This document shows positions 1 to 10,447 of a DNA stretch of 64,000 bases, piece by piece. The notes under the pieces were generated by a model that saw nothing but the letters and a program-made list of their open reading frames with translations, was not told where the DNA came from and ran no database searches. Numbering within the stretch: the first letter of the stretch is position 1; the number at the start of each line of letters is the position of its first letter. A program made the position numbers and the translations under genes. This stretch comes from Candidatus Delongbacteria bacterium (GTDB taxonomy: Bacteria; CAIWAD01), in assembly GCA_963663545.1 (NCBI GenBank), contig OY760505.1, positions 704,001 to 768,000 of the forward strand, written 5' to 3'.

Positions 1-590
1 CCGGAAACATCGAGCTTCTTGATCAGGCGCACGCGGTTTTCCTTCAGCAGTTCAATGGCTCGATCTACACCAGCCAGTGAGCCGGAAATGGCGATTTGTC
101 CCGGGCAATTGAAATTGGCCGCCTGCACGACGCCCGCTTCTTTACTTGCCTGGGCACAGCACTCCTCTACCAGATCGGGTTTGGCACCGATGACAGCGGC
201 CATGGTTCCCGGCTGATCCAGTCCGGCCTGGTACATCAGCTCACCGCGTCGGTGTACCAGTTCCAGACCGTCCAGCGGATCCAGCCAGCCAGCGGCAGCC
301 AAAGCACTGTACTCGCCAAGGCTGTGGCCGGCCACGGCATGTGGCGTGATTCCACGCTCCTTGAGCAGCATAGACAGTGCTACCGAGTGCATATAGATGG
401 CCGGTTGGGTATTGGAGGTTTTCACCAGCTCTTCCGCGGGCCCCTCCACCGACAGCGTCTTCAACTCCACGCCAATGCGTTCGGAAGCGGCCTTGTAGAA
501 TTTGTCGACGAGCGGATACTTCTCAATCAGACTCCGGGCCATACCCACATACTGGGCACCCTGGCCGGGAAACAGCATTGTGATCTGCAT
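1..590 (-). CDS. fabD: ACP S-malonyltransferase (3' end runs off the window)
   Basis: Not in the ORF track. The reverse strand reads MQITMLFPGQGAQYVGM..., contains AGHSLG (GHSxG nucleophile), has an AGGAGG RBS and lies directly after fabH. Confidence 0.95.
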   Translation of the reverse strand, partial: MQITMLFPGQGAQYVGMARSLIEKYPLVDKFYKAASERIGVELKTLSVEGPAEELVKTSNTQPAIYMHSVALSMLLKERGITPHAVAGHSLGEYSALAAAGWLDPLDGLELVHRRGELMYQAGLDQPGTMAAVIGAKPDLVEECCAQASKEAGVVQAANFNCPGQIAISGSLAGVDRAIELLKENRVRLIKKLDVS

Positions 591-598
591 TTTCCCTC

Positions 599-1588
599 CT
601 ACAGGCGAATCAGTCCGGAAGCCCAGGTAAAGCCACCACCAAAAACCGTGTACAGCACAAGCGAACCCGCGCCGACGCGGCCTTCGCGAATGGCCTCATC
701 CAGCGCCAGCGGAATGGAGGCAGATGAGGTATTGCCGTACTTCTCGATGTTGATAGCGCACTTCTCCTGCGGAATGCCGAAGCGCTCGCAGGTAGCCTCG
801 ATAATGCGGATGTTTGCCTGATGCGGTATCAGCAGGTCCACTTGATCGGGTGTGATACCCGCCAGATCCAGCGACTGCTGGCAAGCGTCGGCCATGCAAC
901 GCACCGCGTGTGTGTATACGCGACGACCGTTCATGTGTATCACGTGATCCTTGTTGGCCAGACTCTCCGGGCTGAGGGGACGCAGCGTACCGCAACCGGG
1001 CGCCCACAGCAGCTCAGCAAGCTCGCCGTTGGCCTTGGTATAGGTTGCAAGAATGCCGCTTTCATCTTCGGAGGGAACCAGCACAACAGCGCCTGCCGCA
1101 TCGCCGAACAGCACGCAGGTACCGCGATCCTCCCAATTCGTTATGCTGGTCAGCACTTCAGCGCCAATGACCAGCACGCATTTCTTCTGACCACAACGAA
1201 TCAGTGAATTGGCCAACTCCATGCCATACCCCCAGCCACTGCAAGCAGCGCTAAGATCCATGGCAGCGGCATTCATGGCACCCAACTTGGCTTGAACAAA
1301 AACCGCGGTGGATGGAAACTTGCAGTCCGGTGTCACGGTGCCGACAAGTATCAGATCCAGATCCTCCGGCGTCAGTTCAGCGGCTTCCAATGCCTTGCGA
1401 CCCGCTCCGGTAGCCAGATCCGAGGTCACCATGTTGTCCTCGGGACGGATGATCATCCTGCGCTTGATGCCGGTGCGTGATACAATCCATTCATCTGTTG
1501 TATCAACGATGCGCGTCAGGTCTTCGTTCGTCAGCGGCGATGGACCTGTCATGTGTCCTGTGCCTGCAATGCGTGCGCGCTTTATCAT
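599..1588 (-). CDS. fabH: beta-ketoacyl-ACP synthase III
   Basis: AACSG catalytic Cys, PHQAN, GNTSSAS and FGGGFTW motifs; start at MIKRARI. Confidence 0.97.
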   Translation of the reverse strand: MIKRARIAGTGHMTGPSPLTNEDLTRIVDTTDEWIVSRTGIKRRMIIRPEDNMVTSDLATGAGRKALEAAELTPEDLDLILVGTVTPDCKFPSTAVFVQAKLGAMNAAAMDLSAACSGWGYGMELANSLIRCGQKKCVLVIGAEVLTSITNWEDRGTCVLFGDAAGAVVLVPSEDESGILATYTKANGELAELLWAPGCGTLRPLSPESLANKDHVIHMNGRRVYTHAVRCMADACQQSLDLAGITPDQVDLLIPHQANIRIIEATCERFGIPQEKCAINIEKYGNTSSASIPLALDEAIREGRVGAGSLVLYTVFGGGFTWASGLIRL

Positions 1589-1742
1589 GTCTTCCCCCAA
1601 TGGCTTCGTCCTGCAATCGAACTGAACGAGATTCAGTCCAGCATTTGAAACTACAACGCCCTGGTCCGCAGAACCGGTGCCAGGGCGTGAGGATGCACTT
1701 TGTCACCCAAGCCATGATCCTTGAATCACGGCGGTCAATCCA

Positions 1743-1919
1743 TCAACCGACGGAGATGACCTTGCGACCTTTGTAGAAGCCGCAATTCGGGCAAACGCGA
1801 TGCGACAACCGCGGCTGGCCGCAGTTGGAGCACAAGGAAACACCAACCGCCTTGAGAGCGTGGTGCGACCGGCGCTGATCGCGACGGGCCTTGGCGGTTT
1901 TCTTTTTTGGAACGGCCAT
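1743..1919 (-). CDS. rpmF: 50S ribosomal protein L32 (58 aa, Zn-ribbon form)
   Basis: Hand translation: [58 protein letters not shown]; below the ORF-track cut-off. Confidence 0.97.
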   Translation of the reverse strand: MAVPKKKTAKARRDQRRSHHALKAVGVSLCSNCGQPRLSHRVCPNCGFYKGRKVISVG

Positions 1920-1931
1920 TTCAGCCTCCTG

Positions 1932-2447
1932 TTATTCGTCAGTCTTCGTGTTTTTTTTCAAAGCAGCCAAGGCTGCAAACGGCGAAGGCGGCGCCTGTTC
2001 ATGGCAGTCGCAGCTTTCGCGATTCAGGTCGCAACCGCACTGCGGACAAAGTCCGCGGCAATTCTCGGAACATAGGAAAGGCTCGGTCGAGGCAATCACA
2101 ATCAGATCCCGTAAGTCCTGGCTAATATCCAGTTCTTCTTGTTCGGGCTCAAGCAGGTGCAAGTCCTCGTCGATCATACCTTCCGGCAAGCCTTCTGACT
2201 GGAAGGCCCAGACCTGATCGCGCAATTCCAGTCGCTGCTCTACATCAGCACAGCAGCGGTCGCAGGTTCGAGTCAGGGTACAAGCCAGTCGCATAATGAG
2301 CAGCCATCCATCGGGCTGCTCCTGGAGGCTCACCTGTACATCGAGTTCTTCCCCCAAGGGCAGGTGCGCCAGATCCAGATCCGCGGGCGCCAGGCGGGCT
2401 TGAAAGTCCCGGCGGCCACGGCGAGCTTCAATGAGCGAGAGTATCAT
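1932..2447 (-). CDS. yceD: DUF177/YceD family protein
   Basis: CDRC and LCSENCRGLCPQCG motifs, C-terminal SPFAALAALK, position upstream of rpmF; start approximate. Confidence 0.9.
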   Translation of the reverse strand: MILSLIEARRGRRDFQARLAPADLDLAHLPLGEELDVQVSLQEQPDGWLLIMRLACTLTRTCDRCCADVEQRLELRDQVWAFQSEGLPEGMIDEDLHLLEPEQEELDISQDLRDLIVIASTEPFLCSENCRGLCPQCGCDLNRESCDCHEQAPPSPFAALAALKKNTKTDE

Positions 2448-2817
2448 AAGGCGGACAATATACCCCCGCGCCATGTCTGTTTCAAGTGAGGCAAGTAAGC
2501 CAAGGTCAGAAGGATGTGAGAACTTAGGATCTCGTACCCCCGTGAATGTTGATAGTATCAAGCTGGTGTTTTTCTTCTAACGAATGTGTCGGCGGTCACC
2601 GACAATAGAATGTAAATTCATAATTTCTGCTTTGTGATGACAGTGTAATGAGAATTGCTAACACGAGGTTGACATCTTGCGCTTGGCTTGATCAAGCGCC
2701 TAAGGGTTTCTAAATTAAAATGTTTAGAAACTGCTGTCAGCCGTTCTCCAGTCTGCGTGACGGGAAGACGTATACGGGGGGAGCTGTGAGGCCGTGCTCA
2801 CTGACCAGGAGGAATCA

Positions 2818-5800
2818 ATGAAGCGTCTGCCGCTACTTAGTCTGTTTATCTGCCTGTTCTGCGTCTTCGGTGGTCTAGCGCATGCGCAGGATCTCCGGGA
2901 TGAAGGTGGAGAGCGTTCCACCTACTCGTTGGACAGTCTGTATTTCTACGGATCAAGCGGATACTCCGACCAGACGATTTCTGCAGGTGAAACTGTTCAC
3001 GTCGTAGCCTATATCGACGCAACTGGTTCGTGGAATACCACGGCGCCCATCGACCAGATTTACCTTTTCGGCTACACGGCCACTCCGCCGACCGAAGGGA
3101 CTTTTACCGACTTCTACGAAATCACCTCGTGGGCCAATGTCGCCATTGACGGACAGAAGTTGGAATTCACCTTCAGTGCGCCCTCCAGCTGGGAAACCGA
3201 CAACCAGACCTTCACGCTGTACCTCGACGGCAAGGCCACGCTGTTCCATCAGGCTGAGATTACTGAGACCTATATTTCAGTGGGTGGTGGAACGGCCATG
3301 ACGGATATCGACGATCGCGGCTTCCTGTACGGCCTTGTTGAAATCGACGAAACCGAACCCGAGATGATCGAGGGCGCCTGCTATGCGACTACCCTAAACA
3401 CCGTGCTGCTCATCTTCGACGAAAGCGTAGACTTTGACACCTTGCATTGTCCCGCTGCGAACTTTGCGCTTAGCGGTGGCGGTATTGTCGGCTCGATTGT
3501 CGGTGATACCCTCACAGGCGGCGATGACACATGGATGCTGGTGCTAGCAGACAATCTCCCCAACCGTGGCTGGATGGGCACCATCACCTACACCCAGTCT
3601 GGGGGTGACGATGTCTTGGAAGACCCCTCTGGCAACCAGGTTGCTACTCACAGCATCGACACGGATTACGAGAGCATTGTACCGGCAACACCGGTGCTGA
3701 CTTCCCCGACCGCTACCACGGACCTTTCCGGTGTTTCGATGAACTGGACGGGTACGGCGGAAAGTGACTCTGACGATCCCTCGATGAATCGTGTCATCCT
3801 GCAGGGTTCCCTGACCTCATCCACATCTGGCTTCAGCGACCTGGATACCGATTCCGACGCTTCCGACTCGAGTTATGGCGACAACTGGGTCATCAGCTCC
3901 CATTACCGCTACTATCGTTTGAAGGCTGTGGATGACAACGGAAAAGTATCCTACTCTTCGAGCGCCTCAAGCGTCGACTTCCTGGCCGCCCATCGTCTGG
4001 CCCTCAGCGGAACGGTGAATCAAAGTCCCGACACCTACGAAGACCAGATTACCTTGGATGTCACCGACTCCTACGGCACCAGTGTTAACGCCACGGTCAC
4101 CGTGTCTCTTTCCAAGACGGCGGGTAGCGGCACCGTCACATTCCGTGAGACACCGGGTGGCTCCAACACTACCGTGCTGGATATCATTGACGACAACCAG
4201 GCAACCTTCTACATGGCAGCCGACGAGCCCGATACCTACACCATCAAAGCCAATACAGCCAGTCTGGTGTACGATGAGCTTTCTTGCACCGTCGCCGATA
4301 CAAGCACGCCCACCATGGTCCAGGCCAGTTGCTATGCCACCAGCCTGACCACGCTCGATCTGGTCTTTAGTGAGACCGTAACCGAATCCGGCGGCGACTG
4401 CGGTTCCAATTTCAGTGCAGGTGGTGTTACAGGCAGCAGCTTGACGGGATCGGGCACTGAATGGACGCTGACGCTCTCAGGAAATCTTCCCAGCCGTGGC
4501 TGGACGGGCAATGTGGTGTACGATCGTGACGCCAGTGCGGCCCGAGTAATCGACGCCTCTTCAAACGAGATTGCCGACGAGCATACGATAACGACCCAAA
4601 GTGAGCAGATTGCCCCAGCTACTCCATCCATAACCGCACCGACCCTTACAACTGATCTTTCCGGCGGAACCGTTTCCTGGACGGGTACCGCCGATGCGGG
4701 CGCAACGGACCCAAGTCTGATCGCACTTCGCCTGCAGGGCTCGGCTGACGATACGAACTGGACCACCGTTGACAGTGATACTGACCTTGCAGACGGCACT
4801 TATTCAGGTAGCTATTCTCCTGGCACCGAATACGCCTACTACCGCGTTCTCGCCGAGGACGACGGCAGCAACACGGCTGCTAGTTCTTCCGTTGGTTCCT
4901 TCCTTTCCGCTCAACGCATCGAGCTGGCGGGAACGGTGGACCAGCAGCCCAACACCTACGAAGATGCGATTACGCTTACCGTGCGCGATGCCTATGGCAA
5001 TGCGCGCAATACGACGTCTACTATCAGTCTGTCCAAAGTCAGCGGTAGTGGCACGGTCACCTTCCGCGCAACGCCTGAAGGCAGCAATATCACCACCATT
5101 GATCTAGTAGGTGAGAGCGGATCGACCTTCTACATGGCAGCCGATGCCGTAGATGGCTACACGATTCGTGCCAACAGTGCAGCCCTCATTCAAGATGATC
5201 TGGCTTGCACCATTGCCTCGGGCGCTGCTGCAGGTATTCTTGTCAAGTTGCCCGGTCAGACATTCACCAGCGGTGTCGGCCTTAGTGGATCACCGACACT
5301 GCGTACTGCGGGTTCGAGTTTCAACGTGATGCTCTACATCGTCGATGAAAGTTTCTATCCTGTCACCGACGAGGACGATGCCCGTGACATTGATTTCACT
5401 TGCGGTGCTAGCAACAGTCCTGACGGCGATCAGCCGACCATCAACGGTCAGGTTGCCGCCTCCTGGAATAACATCAGCGTCAGTTTCACCGACGGTATCA
5501 GCGGCAACATTCCTGTCATCCTCTACTCAACGGAAGAGGACCTGACGATTACCGCTGACGATGACACTCCCGGCGATGAACTGAATGGTACCGAAAGCGC
5601 CACTTTCGATGTTGGCGCGAGCACCTCCGACCACCTTGTCTTCAGTCTGGATGGAAACTCGCTGGAGAGCGGCGCTACCTGGACCGGTACCAATACGGTC
5701 ACGGTCAAGGACCGCTACGGCAATGTTAAGACAAACTTCAACGCCGCAGTAACCAATATTACGCTCACGGCTACTCCTCAGGGTGTGGGCGTGGTCAGTA

Positions 5801-7437
5801 GCCTGTTGGTCGGTTCGCGCGGCGATGCGGTTCTGGATCTAGCGGGTGATTTCACCAGCGGTGTGTGCAATCTAACCACTCTTGGAGTTGTGCTCACGGC
5901 AACCGCTGACACGTACACAATCGACGGCACTAGTACGCTACCCGAGGTGGATTCGAACACGACCGATGACAAGTTGATTGCGGTCAACGCACCTACCATC
6001 AGCAACGCCAGCCCCGCATGGCGTACGCACCTGGATGCCAGCGCGTCCAGTCCTGGCTACCTGCTTAGTGCCAGCGTAGACGAGAACGGTGAGACCCTGG
6101 CCGTTTACTACGCCTTCGACAACGACACCACCAAGTTCTCCGGCTACGACTACGAGAACAGCAGCAGTGTGACGACCTCGGGGGGCAGCATTCAGCTCTT
6201 CCTGAGCGGAGCCACAATGCACTCAATCGGTGACGGCTACGATTACATGTTCTTCTGGATCGGTGGAACAGATGCCGAAGGCAACTCGCCGGACGGCTAC
6301 CCTGTCGCCGCTTCGCGCATGGTCTATCTGATCAATCCGACCTTGGATATCTGCGCAACGGATGTATGCACCGGTCTGCATCCTTCCACTACCTATAATG
6401 AGTTGCTGAGCATCCAACTGGATGCCGAGATGGCCGGTGCGGTGAACACCATCACCCGCATGGACTTCACCAAGACCTCGACGTCAAACGCCACTGCAAC
6501 TCACGTTTCTGGATTCCGCCTGTGGAATGATGTGAACGGCAACGGCTTGTACGATGCTGGCACAGATACCCAGATCGGTTCGACGGTCAACGGCACTGTG
6601 AATCCTAGCTTCACCGGCCTCAGCTTCGCGACGACCTATCCCACCACCAAGTACCTGTTGCTTACGGTGGATGTGACAGCGGCGGCTTCTCCAAACCAAA
6701 CACTGGGTATGCAGCTTACCGACGAAAACGATGTCGTTCTGCAGCAAAGCGCGGATGACCTGAACCCCTGTGCTGCCTGGCCCTTGCCCGCCGCCAACGG
6801 CGATCACACCTTGCCTGTGGAAATCAGCTCCTTTGAGGGCAGTGCGGATTACGGTGCAAACACGCTTAACTGGCGAACCGAGAGCGAGATCAACAGCCAC
6901 GGCTTCCGCATTTATCGCGCCGAAACCAGTAACAATGAAGTGGTACCGGCTACGAGCTCCTTCTATCCTGTTACGGATTGGAACGAGGACGCCAACCTGC
7001 TGGGCCACGAATACAGTAACGAAATTCACGACTACACCTGGGTTGACGAGCACATCCAAGCGGGTACGTGGTACGTCTACCGTCTTGAAGCCGTTGATCT
7101 GGACGGAACCAGCGAAATGCATGACGAGCTCGTCTGGATCGAATCCATGACTCCGCCAACTGCGCTGAGTCTGGAGGCAAACTATCCGAACCCCTTTAAC
7201 CCGACGACGACCATCAGCTTCGTGCTTCCGGAAAGTGGCCAGGTGAAACTGTCGGTCTACAACATCCAGGGTCAACTGGTTCGTACTTTGGTCAATGGCC
7301 AGATGAGCTGGGGTCGTCACAACGTCGTCTGGGACAGCCGCAATCAGCATGGCATCGAAATGGCCAGCGGTTCTTACATCTACTTGCTCGATACTCCCAG
7401 CGGCCGCCAGGTGCGCCGCATGTTGCTGATTCGCTAA
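2818..7437 (+). CDS. Large secreted Ser/Thr/Asp-rich multi-Ig-like protein with C-terminal T9SS type A/FlgD-Ig sorting domain
   Basis: Signal peptide MKRLPLL...AHA, GGAGG RBS, LPVEISSF motif, C-terminal NYPNPFNPTTTISF...SGSYIYLL. Confidence 0.85.
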   Translation: MKRLPLLSLFICLFCVFGGLAHAQDLRDEGGERSTYSLDSLYFYGSSGYSDQTISAGETVHVVAYIDATGSWNTTAPIDQIYLFGYTATPPTEGTFTDFYEITSWANVAIDGQKLEFTFSAPSSWETDNQTFTLYLDGKATLFHQAEITETYISVGGGTAMTDIDDRGFLYGLVEIDETEPEMIEGACYATTLNTVLLIFDESVDFDTLHCPAANFALSGGGIVGSIVGDTLTGGDDTWMLVLADNLPNRGWMGTITYTQSGGDDVLEDPSGNQVATHSIDTDYESIVPATPVLTSPTATTDLSGVSMNWTGTAESDSDDPSMNRVILQGSLTSSTSGFSDLDTDSDASDSSYGDNWVISSHYRYYRLKAVDDNGKVSYSSSASSVDFLAAHRLALSGTVNQSPDTYEDQITLDVTDSYGTSVNATVTVSLSKTAGSGTVTFRETPGGSNTTVLDIIDDNQATFYMAADEPDTYTIKANTASLVYDELSCTVADTSTPTMVQASCYATSLTTLDLVFSETVTESGGDCGSNFSAGGVTGSSLTGSGTEWTLTLSGNLPSRGWTGNVVYDRDASAARVIDASSNEIADEHTITTQSEQIAPATPSITAPTLTTDLSGGTVSWTGTADAGATDPSLIALRLQGSADDTNWTTVDSDTDLADGTYSGSYSPGTEYAYYRVLAEDDGSNTAASSSVGSFLSAQRIELAGTVDQQPNTYEDAITLTVRDAYGNARNTTSTISLSKVSGSGTVTFRATPEGSNITTIDLVGESGSTFYMAADAVDGYTIRANSAALIQDDLACTIASGAAAGILVKLPGQTFTSGVGLSGSPTLRTAGSSFNVMLYIVDESFYPVTDEDDARDIDFTCGASNSPDGDQPTINGQVAASWNNISVSFTDGISGNIPVILYSTEEDLTITADDDTPGDELNGTESATFDVGASTSDHLVFSLDGNSLESGATWTGTNTVTVKDRYGNVKTNFNAAVTNITLTATPQGVGVVSSLLVGSRGDAVLDLAGDFTSGVCNLTTLGVVLTATADTYTIDGTSTLPEVDSNTTDDKLIAVNAPTISNASPAWRTHLDASASSPGYLLSASVDENGETLAVYYAFDNDTTKFSGYDYENSSSVTTSGGSIQLFLSGATMHSIGDGYDYMFFWIGGTDAEGNSPDGYPVAASRMVYLINPTLDICATDVCTGLHPSTTYNELLSIQLDAEMAGAVNTITRMDFTKTSTSNATATHVSGFRLWNDVNGNGLYDAGTDTQIGSTVNGTVNPSFTGLSFATTYPTTKYLLLTVDVTAAASPNQTLGMQLTDENDVVLQQSADDLNPCAAWPLPAANGDHTLPVEISSFEGSADYGANTLNWRTESEINSHGFRIYRAETSNNEVVPATSSFYPVTDWNEDANLLGHEYSNEIHDYTWVDEHIQAGTWYVYRLEAVDLDGTSEMHDELVWIESMTPPTALSLEANYPNPFNPTTTISFVLPESGQVKLSVYNIQGQLVRTLVNGQMSWGRHNVVWDSRNQHGIEMASGSYIYLLDTPSGRQVRRMLLIR

Positions 7438-7464
7438 GCTTTCTCTCCCCCCTTCAATAATGCC

Positions 7465-7498
7465 AAGCCGGAGCCCGTCGAAAGACGGGCTTCTGCTT
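7465..7498 (+). terminator. Hairpin, probable terminator of the large gene
   Basis: GAGCCCGTC-GAAA-GACGGGCTT stem-loop just after the stop; U-tract is weak. Confidence 0.6.
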
Positions 7499-7614
7499 AT
7501 ATAGGAGTACTCAGAAGTTCTGTCCAACCTCTTTGCCTGGATCTATCGTAAATGCTGATATTGCAATCATTTGATTGGCAATTCGTTGGACAGAACATTC
7601 AAGTACTCCTATAT
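7499..7614. repeat. 116-bp MITE-like element with 30-bp imperfect terminal inverted repeats
   Basis: ATATAGGAGTACT-cagaa-GTTCTGTCCAAC (7499-7528) versus GTTGGACAGAAC-attca-AGTACTCCTATAT (7585-7614); AT-rich, non-coding. Confidence 0.65.
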
Positions 7615-7841
7615 GCGTCTTCGCTGTGCGTCACATCGCCCTCCTCCTTTATAGAGTGAGCGCGAAAAGCGCTGTATGAAGGCGCGCCGGACACCCGTGG
7701 AATCGTTCAATCGATTTCAGAGCACACTCTTGCAGCACGCCTCAGCGCTAGAACGAGTCGGACTTCGCTCTTGGAGATGATGCGGCTGGCCAGGGGTTGA
7801 AGTGATGATGAAAGTTTGTCCACATCCGTTGGATGAGGGAG

Positions 7842-9137
7842 TCAGGATTCGGTGGGGATCTCACCCGCTCCGGCCAAAGCCATCTTGAACAGCACCGGGC
7901 CTAGCACCTGGTTGACAACAACGGCAGCTACAACCACTTCGCGAATGCCGTCACCCACGCCTGGAATCTCAGCAGCCACAAGGGCAGCAAAGCCCAGACT
8001 GACTCCCGCCTGCCCAAGAAAGCTCATCCAGACGCGGTTGCGCACCGGATGCGGCAGCCGCAATAGCCAGGCAGCGCTGCTGACGCTGGCGAACTTGGCC
8101 AGCAAGCGCGCCAACACAAACAGCAAGGCCAAAGGCCACAATGAAAGCAGCAGACGCAGGTCCAGCGCGGCACCTGCCAGGCCGAAGAAGACCAGAAAGA
8201 TCGGTTGACTGACTAGCTCCAGTTGACCAAGAAAGTGCTCGCCGTGAGACGATGTGTTGCGCACAACAAAGCCAGCGGCAACGGCAAGGATGAGTCCGTC
8301 CAAATGCATGTCGGCGGAGACGCGCACCAGGAAGAGTCCCAGCGCAAGCAGCAGCAGGGCCAGGCCGCGCTTGCGCGCCTTCTCGCCACTATGTAAGAAC
8401 AGCCTCAACAAAAAGCCTACGCCTGTCCCAAGCAGAATGCTGAGGCCGAGAATGAAGCACTCGTGCAGTATTCCACCTGCCTCATGCCCTGCGCCCAGAA
8501 CAGCCCCAGACTGGCTCAGCACCAGGGTAAAGGCGATGATGACCACCACATCCATCAGCACAGTTGTCCCAAGAGCCAGGTCGCGCAGCGGACCGCGGGC
8601 ACGTGTTTCCACAATGACGGCTACTGTCGTGGCAGGCGATACAGCTACGGAAATGATAGCCAGAATTGCGCAAGCGGCAAGCTTGGCCTGCCAGGAAAGC
8701 ACTGCGAGAAATTCCAACTGCCCGCTGGCCAGTAGAAAGACACCGAGCACCAGAAGCCAGCCAGGAACAAGCTGCGCCCCACCAAGGGAGAGAATGCGTC
8801 TCAGTTGCGGTCGCACACTGCGCCAGTCGAGCTCCCCGCCCGCCGTCAGTGCGATATAGAATAGCGCCACTTGGTCAATCGTCTTCAAGTAGTGAACAAT
8901 GCGCTGATCCAACACCGCCAGCAGATCGGGTCCGCAGAGTACGCCCGCCAGCAAGTAGCCGGTGATCCGCGGCAGGTGAACACGTTGCGCGGCCTCGCCC
9001 GCCAAATAGCCTGAAAGAATCAGGAAGCCAAAAGCCATGGACGCATGAAAGCCCAGCGCTTCGGCCTCTGCCAATCCTAGACCGCCCAGGATTTTCATCA
9101 AACCCAGCAACAGCAGGAGGAAGATCCAGCGTATCAT
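7842..9137 (-). CDS. Cation:proton antiporter (Na+/H+ exchanger family)
   Basis: About 12 hydrophobic segments; LPRITGYLLAGVLCGP, AGGEL, SPATT, LMDVV and QAGVSLG motifs. Confidence 0.85.
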   Translation of the reverse strand: MIRWIFLLLLLGLMKILGGLGLAEAEALGFHASMAFGFLILSGYLAGEAAQRVHLPRITGYLLAGVLCGPDLLAVLDQRIVHYLKTIDQVALFYIALTAGGELDWRSVRPQLRRILSLGGAQLVPGWLLVLGVFLLASGQLEFLAVLSWQAKLAACAILAIISVAVSPATTVAVIVETRARGPLRDLALGTTVLMDVVVIIAFTLVLSQSGAVLGAGHEAGGILHECFILGLSILLGTGVGFLLRLFLHSGEKARKRGLALLLLALGLFLVRVSADMHLDGLILAVAAGFVVRNTSSHGEHFLGQLELVSQPIFLVFFGLAGAALDLRLLLSLWPLALLFVLARLLAKFASVSSAAWLLRLPHPVRNRVWMSFLGQAGVSLGFAALVAAEIPGVGDGIREVVVAAVVVNQVLGPVLFKMALAGAGEIPTES

Positions 9138-10342
9138 TCTCCGCCTCCCTTCCCTAGTCCACGGACCAGGAGCGTAGCCAGTAGCGCCATCAACAGCACC
9201 GCTGGAGCCGCCACAGCCAGCAGCCAGTCACCACTGGCCGCGCGCTGCAATTGCTGCTGTGAAAGCGCAATAGCAAGCGGAACACCCCCCATGGGCAGAA
9301 GCACGAAGCGCAAGCGTCGCCGGTCTCTCTGCGAAAGCGTGCCTGTCCACTCCGGGAGACTTCGCACGCGCACCGTCCATTGCCAACCGGCCACTTTGGC
9401 GATGGTACGCAGTACAACCAGCACAAGCAGCAGCCAGCAACCCGCTCCCCGTACCGGATGCCACAACAGACCGCCCATCAGAATCAGCGCCAACATGATG
9501 GGCCACTCACTCTTGATCATGAACTCGTAGAGTTGATTGGCGCGCCGACTTTGGTTGGTCAGCCAGAGCCCCATCAACAACCCCATCACAAGCGGAGAGA
9601 ACTTGATGATGGCCGCACAGCCACCGGCGAAGGTCAGCAAGCCGATCAGGAGCAAAATGAGCTGGCTGTCTCGCAAAGCGCGTTCTAAGAAATAATGAAA
9701 GACCCAGGCCAGCGCCAGCGACACCAAGGGTGGGATGAGCAGTGTCAAGGGTAGCGGCAGTCCGGAAGCCAGTTCCTTGTGCGGCAGCAGCAGAATGGAT
9801 ACCAGCCCTAGCAGAAACAGCGCGTACATGCCGTCCAGATTGCTGTAAAGGATGGCGGTGCGTGCCCGCTGCCCTCGCGCCAAGCCCGCGCCCGATAATG
9901 CAAGCGTGATCATCGTAGCCGAAGAACTTCCCGCCAGACAGCCCAGCAGGAGGGCCAGCGCCAAAGGATCAGGCGCATGCAGCCATAGCAATAGTGGCCA
10001 GCTGCCTAGTGTAACAAGTGCCACCGTGCCGCTGAACTGCAGCAGGCTGGCGCGCCAGTCGCTTGCGGGAATACGCTTCAAATCGCGCAGTCGCAGCTGC
10101 AGCCCCATGACCAAACCTACCCAGGTAATGACCAAGTTCAGCAGCGGGTCGAGCAATCCCAGGCTGGCCGTGCCGATGAAGCCCAGCACGGTTGGGCCCA
10201 GAAGTACGCCAACCGGCATGAAGACCATACCCGATCCGATGAGCACTCGCACCCACAGCGGCCATGCGTCCGCATTGCGGTTGATCCTGGCCAGGAGCGG
10301 AATGAGGATGATAATCAGCAGTAGCGCGTACACCGAATGCAC
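9134..10342 (-). CDS. Divergent cation:proton antiporter-like membrane protein
   Basis: Polytopic; GVLLGP, WVGLVMGLQL, SSSA, NLDG and PMGGVPLAI motifs; overlaps the next gene by 4 nt. Confidence 0.7.
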   Translation of the reverse strand: MHSVYALLLIIILIPLLARINRNADAWPLWVRVLIGSGMVFMPVGVLLGPTVLGFIGTASLGLLDPLLNLVITWVGLVMGLQLRLRDLKRIPASDWRASLLQFSGTVALVTLGSWPLLLWLHAPDPLALALLLGCLAGSSSATMITLALSGAGLARGQRARTAILYSNLDGMYALFLLGLVSILLLPHKELASGLPLPLTLLIPPLVSLALAWVFHYFLERALRDSQLILLLIGLLTFAGGCAAIIKFSPLVMGLLMGLWLTNQSRRANQLYEFMIKSEWPIMLALILMGGLLWHPVRGAGCWLLLVLVVLRTIAKVAGWQWTVRVRSLPEWTGTLSQRDRRRLRFVLLPMGGVPLAIALSQQQLQRAASGDWLLAVAAPAVLLMALLATLLVRGLGKGGGE

Positions 10343-10396
10343 AGCGAATCCCCCTTTGCGTGTTACAAGGTAGGAAGAGGCGGGCAGGCCGGAAAC

Positions 10397-10427
10397 AAAA
10401 AGCCCCCGACCTTGCGGAAGGGGGCTT
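10397..10427 (-). terminator. Rho-independent terminator
   Basis: Minus strand AAGCCCCCTTCCGCAAGGTCGGGGGCTTTTT after the gene ending at 10448. Confidence 0.75.
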
Positions 10428-10447
10428 GTATGCGACGAAGTGATCGC

